DNA from: Acidobacteriota bacterium
GTDB lineage: Bacteria; Acidobacteriota; UBA890; WLXD01
NCBI GenBank assembly: GCA_965205505.1
Contig: CBDBHB010000009.1
Span: forward strand, 160,001-224,000
Reading direction: 5' to 3'
DNA length: 64,000 nt
In this document: positions 60,863 to 64,000 of the stretch, piece after piece
How positions within the stretch are numbered: the first letter of the stretch is position 1
How the letters are laid out: every line of letters begins with the position of its first letter
Made by a program: the position numbers and the translations under genes
Notes under the pieces: model-generated
Told to the model about the DNA's origin: nothing
Seen by the model: the letters and a program-made list of their open reading frames with translations, nothing else
The model's database searches: none

Positions 60863-62233
60863 ATGCAAGTCGGAGCGTGTCGCGGGATCGGCGATTGCAT
60901 GGACGCTATTCGGCGGGCGAGAGTGTTCTTCGATACGATCGGCCGCATGATGCAAACGGCCGACCCAGCGAAGCTCGAGCGCCTCCCCCCGAGGCTGGTG
61001 CCGGGCCTGTACCTGGCGGGCGCCCACATCGCGCTGATCACCGCGTTCTCGATGCTCGCCTGGCGGCCGGGCATCCTGGCGGGCTTTTTCTATCACCCCC
61101 AGGCGATGACGCTGGTTCATCTGGTCACGCTGGGTTGGATCACCGGCTCGATTCTGGGATGGATCTACATGGTCGGGCCGATTGCGCTGCGCACACCGAT
61201 CGCCGCTCGGCGCACAGACATCGTGGCGTGCGCTCTTTTCCTGACCGGTGTGGCTGGGTTGGTGAGCCACTTCTGGCTGAATCGCTACAACGGCATGCTG
61301 TGGTCGGCGGGCATGTTGCTGCTCAGCATCGCTTTTGTCGCTTGGCGTGTGCTGCGCGCCGTGCTGCCGGGGACGATGCCGCGGCCGATCAAGCTCCACA
61401 TCGTATTGGCGTTTGTGAACATGCTGGTGGCTGGAATCTGGGGAGCGCTCACCGGCCTCGAGAAGCTCCAAGTCGATGCGGTGCCGGGCCATATTCTCGC
61501 AAACGTGTTCGCGCACGCCCATCTCGCGGCGCTCGGCTTTGCAACGATGATGGTGATCGGGCTCGCCTATCGGCTTCTGCCGATGATGTTGCCCTCGGCA
61601 GTGCCGCCGGAGCGGGGCCTCTACGCCAGTGCCTGCCTGTTGGAGATCGGTGTGCTGGGGTTGTTCGCCGGCCTGATAACCGCGAGCCGATGGACCGGTG
61701 CGTTCGCTGTGCTGAGTATTCTGGGGATCGTCGCGTTCGCCTCCAGGGTGGCGTGGATGATCCGATCTCCGCGCCCTGCCCCCAAGGCGCTGGTCAAACC
61801 CGACTATGGGGTGCTGCATGCGATGCAGGCGATCGGCTACCTGGCGCTCAGCGCGACGCTCGGCATGGCGCTGTTGTACATGCAGCCATCGGAGACCGAG
61901 CTGCGGCTGATGCCGGTTTATGGCTTGCTGGGTCTCGTAGGCTTCCTGTCGCAGATTGTCATCGGCGTGGCAACGCGAATCCTGCCGCTGGTCACCTGGC
62001 TCCAGCAGTTCGTGCGGTACGGACAGAAACCAGACATTCCCTCGCAGTACGCCATGATGGGGCGGCGCGTTCAGGCCGCCAGCTTCACCCTATGGACGCT
62101 CGGCGTCCCGGTGCTCGCCGTGGGCCTCATAACAGGGAACGAGATGGCCATCTCTGTCGGGGCCGCGGCGTTGGCGGCGGCCACGCTGCTGGTTGGCATG
62201 AACGTTGCGCGGGTACTACGGTACGCCTTCTGA
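60863..62233 (+). CDS. Polytopic membrane protein with intramembrane His residues (heme-copper oxidase subunit I/NnrS-like)
   Basis: About 12 TM segments; VHLVTLGW, FAHAHLAALGF; start may be 60899. Confidence 0.65.
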   Translation: MQVGACRGIGDCMDAIRRARVFFDTIGRMMQTADPAKLERLPPRLVPGLYLAGAHIALITAFSMLAWRPGILAGFFYHPQAMTLVHLVTLGWITGSILGWIYMVGPIALRTPIAARRTDIVACALFLTGVAGLVSHFWLNRYNGMLWSAGMLLLSIAFVAWRVLRAVLPGTMPRPIKLHIVLAFVNMLVAGIWGALTGLEKLQVDAVPGHILANVFAHAHLAALGFATMMVIGLAYRLLPMMLPSAVPPERGLYASACLLEIGVLGLFAGLITASRWTGAFAVLSILGIVAFASRVAWMIRSPRPAPKALVKPDYGVLHAMQAIGYLALSATLGMALLYMQPSETELRLMPVYGLLGLVGFLSQIVIGVATRILPLVTWLQQFVRYGQKPDIPSQYAMMGRRVQAASFTLWTLGVPVLAVGLITGNEMAISVGAAALAAATLLVGMNVARVLRYAF

Positions 62234-62239
62234 CCGCCA

Positions 62240-62995
62240 CTAGTAGCTCCAACTCCTCAGGAGCTGCTGAAACGCCAGCATTGCCATGAGCGACAACGTG
62301 AGCGACACGGCCACCACCTGGGCGGATGCTTGCTCTAGCGCGTCAGGCACTAGCTCGGTGAACACCAGCCACAGCATTGCTCCGGCAGCGAAGCCGAGCC
62401 CGACCGGCAAGAATGGGCGAAAGGTCAGCACGAACAAGAAGGCGGGAACGGCCATGAGCGGCTGAGGGAGGCTCGAGAACACACTCCAGCCGGCAGCGCT
62501 CCACGGTTTGACGCCGCGCGGTACGAGCACGAGGCTGATGGCGAGCCCTTCGGGGATGTTGTGAACGGCGATTGCCGCAGAGATGAACACGCCGAGTGCG
62601 TCGCTGCCGCCGTAGGCGACGCCGACGCTTACGCCCTCGGCAACGGAATGAAGCGTCATCGCGCCGACTACAATCAACGCTTTGGTGGCGTCGGCACCGC
62701 GCACTTGTCCGATCTGCAGGTCGCGACCGCCCCCGCTCAGAAGCCGACGGCTCGCCGCCATGAACACCAGTCCGGCGAGAACGCCGACGAACACGCGCAT
62801 CGTGCTCAGTGGCATGCCCTCGTTGATGAGGCTATGGCTCGCCGCCACCATGAGACCGGCCGCTGCGGCGTTGGAGGCACCCAGCCAACGGCGCGCCAGC
62901 CCGGCGACGAAGAAGAACGGAATAGCCCCGAGGCCCGTTGCCAGCGCCGTGAGGAAGGCGGCGAGGAATACCGTCCACGCGTTGATCTGCAGCAT
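62240..62995 (-). CDS. ZIP-family metal transporter
   Basis: LHSVAEG, AVHNIPEGLAI, GFAAGAM. Confidence 0.93.
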   Translation of the reverse strand: MLQINAWTVFLAAFLTALATGLGAIPFFFVAGLARRWLGASNAAAAGLMVAASHSLINEGMPLSTMRVFVGVLAGLVFMAASRRLLSGGGRDLQIGQVRGADATKALIVVGAMTLHSVAEGVSVGVAYGGSDALGVFISAAIAVHNIPEGLAISLVLVPRGVKPWSAAGWSVFSSLPQPLMAVPAFLFVLTFRPFLPVGLGFAAGAMLWLVFTELVPDALEQASAQVVAVSLTLSLMAMLAFQQLLRSWSY

Positions 62996-63128
62996 GGTCT
63001 CGTCGATTGCTGGCTTGCGGCCGTGGCAACTCTCGCGGTCCGCGAGGATCGTAGGCGCTGCGGGATGGCCGCGACTCCGCCGCCGTGGACATCGGTGAGG
63101 TCGTTGAAGGCGTGGTGATTTCTTGAAA

Positions 63129-64000
63129 CTACATAGCGACGGGCTCGCCGGCAGCGTCCACCATGGGTAGCCCGGCGGCCGCCCACGCGCCCATGCCGCC
63201 GGTCACGTTGCGAACGTGACGGAAGCCGTTGCGCAATAAGACGCTGCAGGCAGTGCTTGATCGAGTCCCAACGGCGCAGAGCACCGACACGCGACTGTCG
63301 ATGCTCAGCTCGAGCTCGTCGATCCGGTCGGCGAGGAACTTGAAGTTCATGTAGTGGGCACCGTCGACGTGTCCGGCGTCCCACTCCGAGGTCTCGCGCA
63401 CGTCGAGCACCTGCATCCCGCCGCCGTTGGACAGCGCCGAGGCAAGCTCGTGGACGCTCATCTGCGGCAACGTCTCCTGCGGGCGCCCGGCGCGCAGCCA
63501 GCTTCTCATGCCACCGGCCAGATGCCCCTCGACCCGAGAATCCAGCCCCAGGAAAGCCATCGCGTGGAGGGCGCGGTCCGCCGCCTCGGCGTCGTCGGTG
63601 ACCAGCAGGATCGGCACGTCGGGTGGGATCACCCAGCCGACCCGCTGTTCGAACTCGGAGCTGCTCTGCAAGATGCTCATCGCGCCCGGAACGTGCCCGC
63701 CGCCGAAAGCGGCCGCCGATCGGGTGTCAATCACGAGCCGGCTGTCCTCGGTTAGCTCGGCAAACTCGTCGGCGCCCAGGGGGCGGGCCCGGGGCGGGTC
63801 CATCGTCAGCGGCCTTCTGCCCTGGTTGATCGCGACGATGTTCTCGATGTTGGCGGGGCGCGGCGGCTGGTCGGTGTTCATGTACGCGACAAACGCGTCG
63901 CGATTCTCGAACTGCAGGGCCGCGTTGTTGCGCTTCTCATACCCGACCGTGGTGACAACCTTGCCACTCGTTACGCGTCCTCACGTCGAGCCCGCTACAT
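63129..64000 (-). CDS. MBL-fold persulfide dioxygenase-rhodanese fusion (CstB-like), runs off right edge; in-frame TGA at 63981-63983
   Basis: (H)VAGST*GRVTSGKVVTTVGYEKRNN, then a pseudo-rhodanese domain (GHVPGA) and a catalytic rhodanese domain (CAVGTRS). Confidence 0.88.
63952..63967 (-). promoter_or_regulatory. Candidate bacterial SECIS hairpin
   Basis: GTGGCA-AGGT-TGTCAC starting 13 nt after the in-frame TGA. Confidence 0.6.

Overview
High-GC (about 65% by eye) bacterial chromosome segment, most likely Acidobacteriota: it has two PadR + ADOP duplicated-permease pairs, an acidobacterial VWFA remnant, and Ser/Thr kinase/TolB-propeller genes. 1-4.5 kb is a two-component system plus a TPR/beta-propeller gene. 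From a tRNA-3'-end-like att site at about 4585, next to a P4-type integrase and AlpA, to about 40.5 kb lies a heavily rearranged accessory region. It holds two near-identical IS3 (IS407-group) copies, IS-end remnants, a family of about 130-bp inverted-repeat elements, many gene fragments, repeated 5' and 3' scars of Ser/Thr kinase genes between intact, mostly exported-enzyme genes, and an eroded YfiR/hybrid kinase/GGDEF-EAL operon. 40.6-64 kb is mixed housekeeping and catabolic (fabI, ribosomal protein THX, HpaB-family/Rid/DUF1028 module, hydrolases, NDH-2, TrmH, ZIP). Top observation: the MBL-fold/rhodanese gene at the right edge has an in-frame TGA at the position of the conserved Cys, followed by a bacterial SECIS-like hairpin, making it a candidate selenoprotein. 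All family calls come from motif recognition by eye; no database searches were run.
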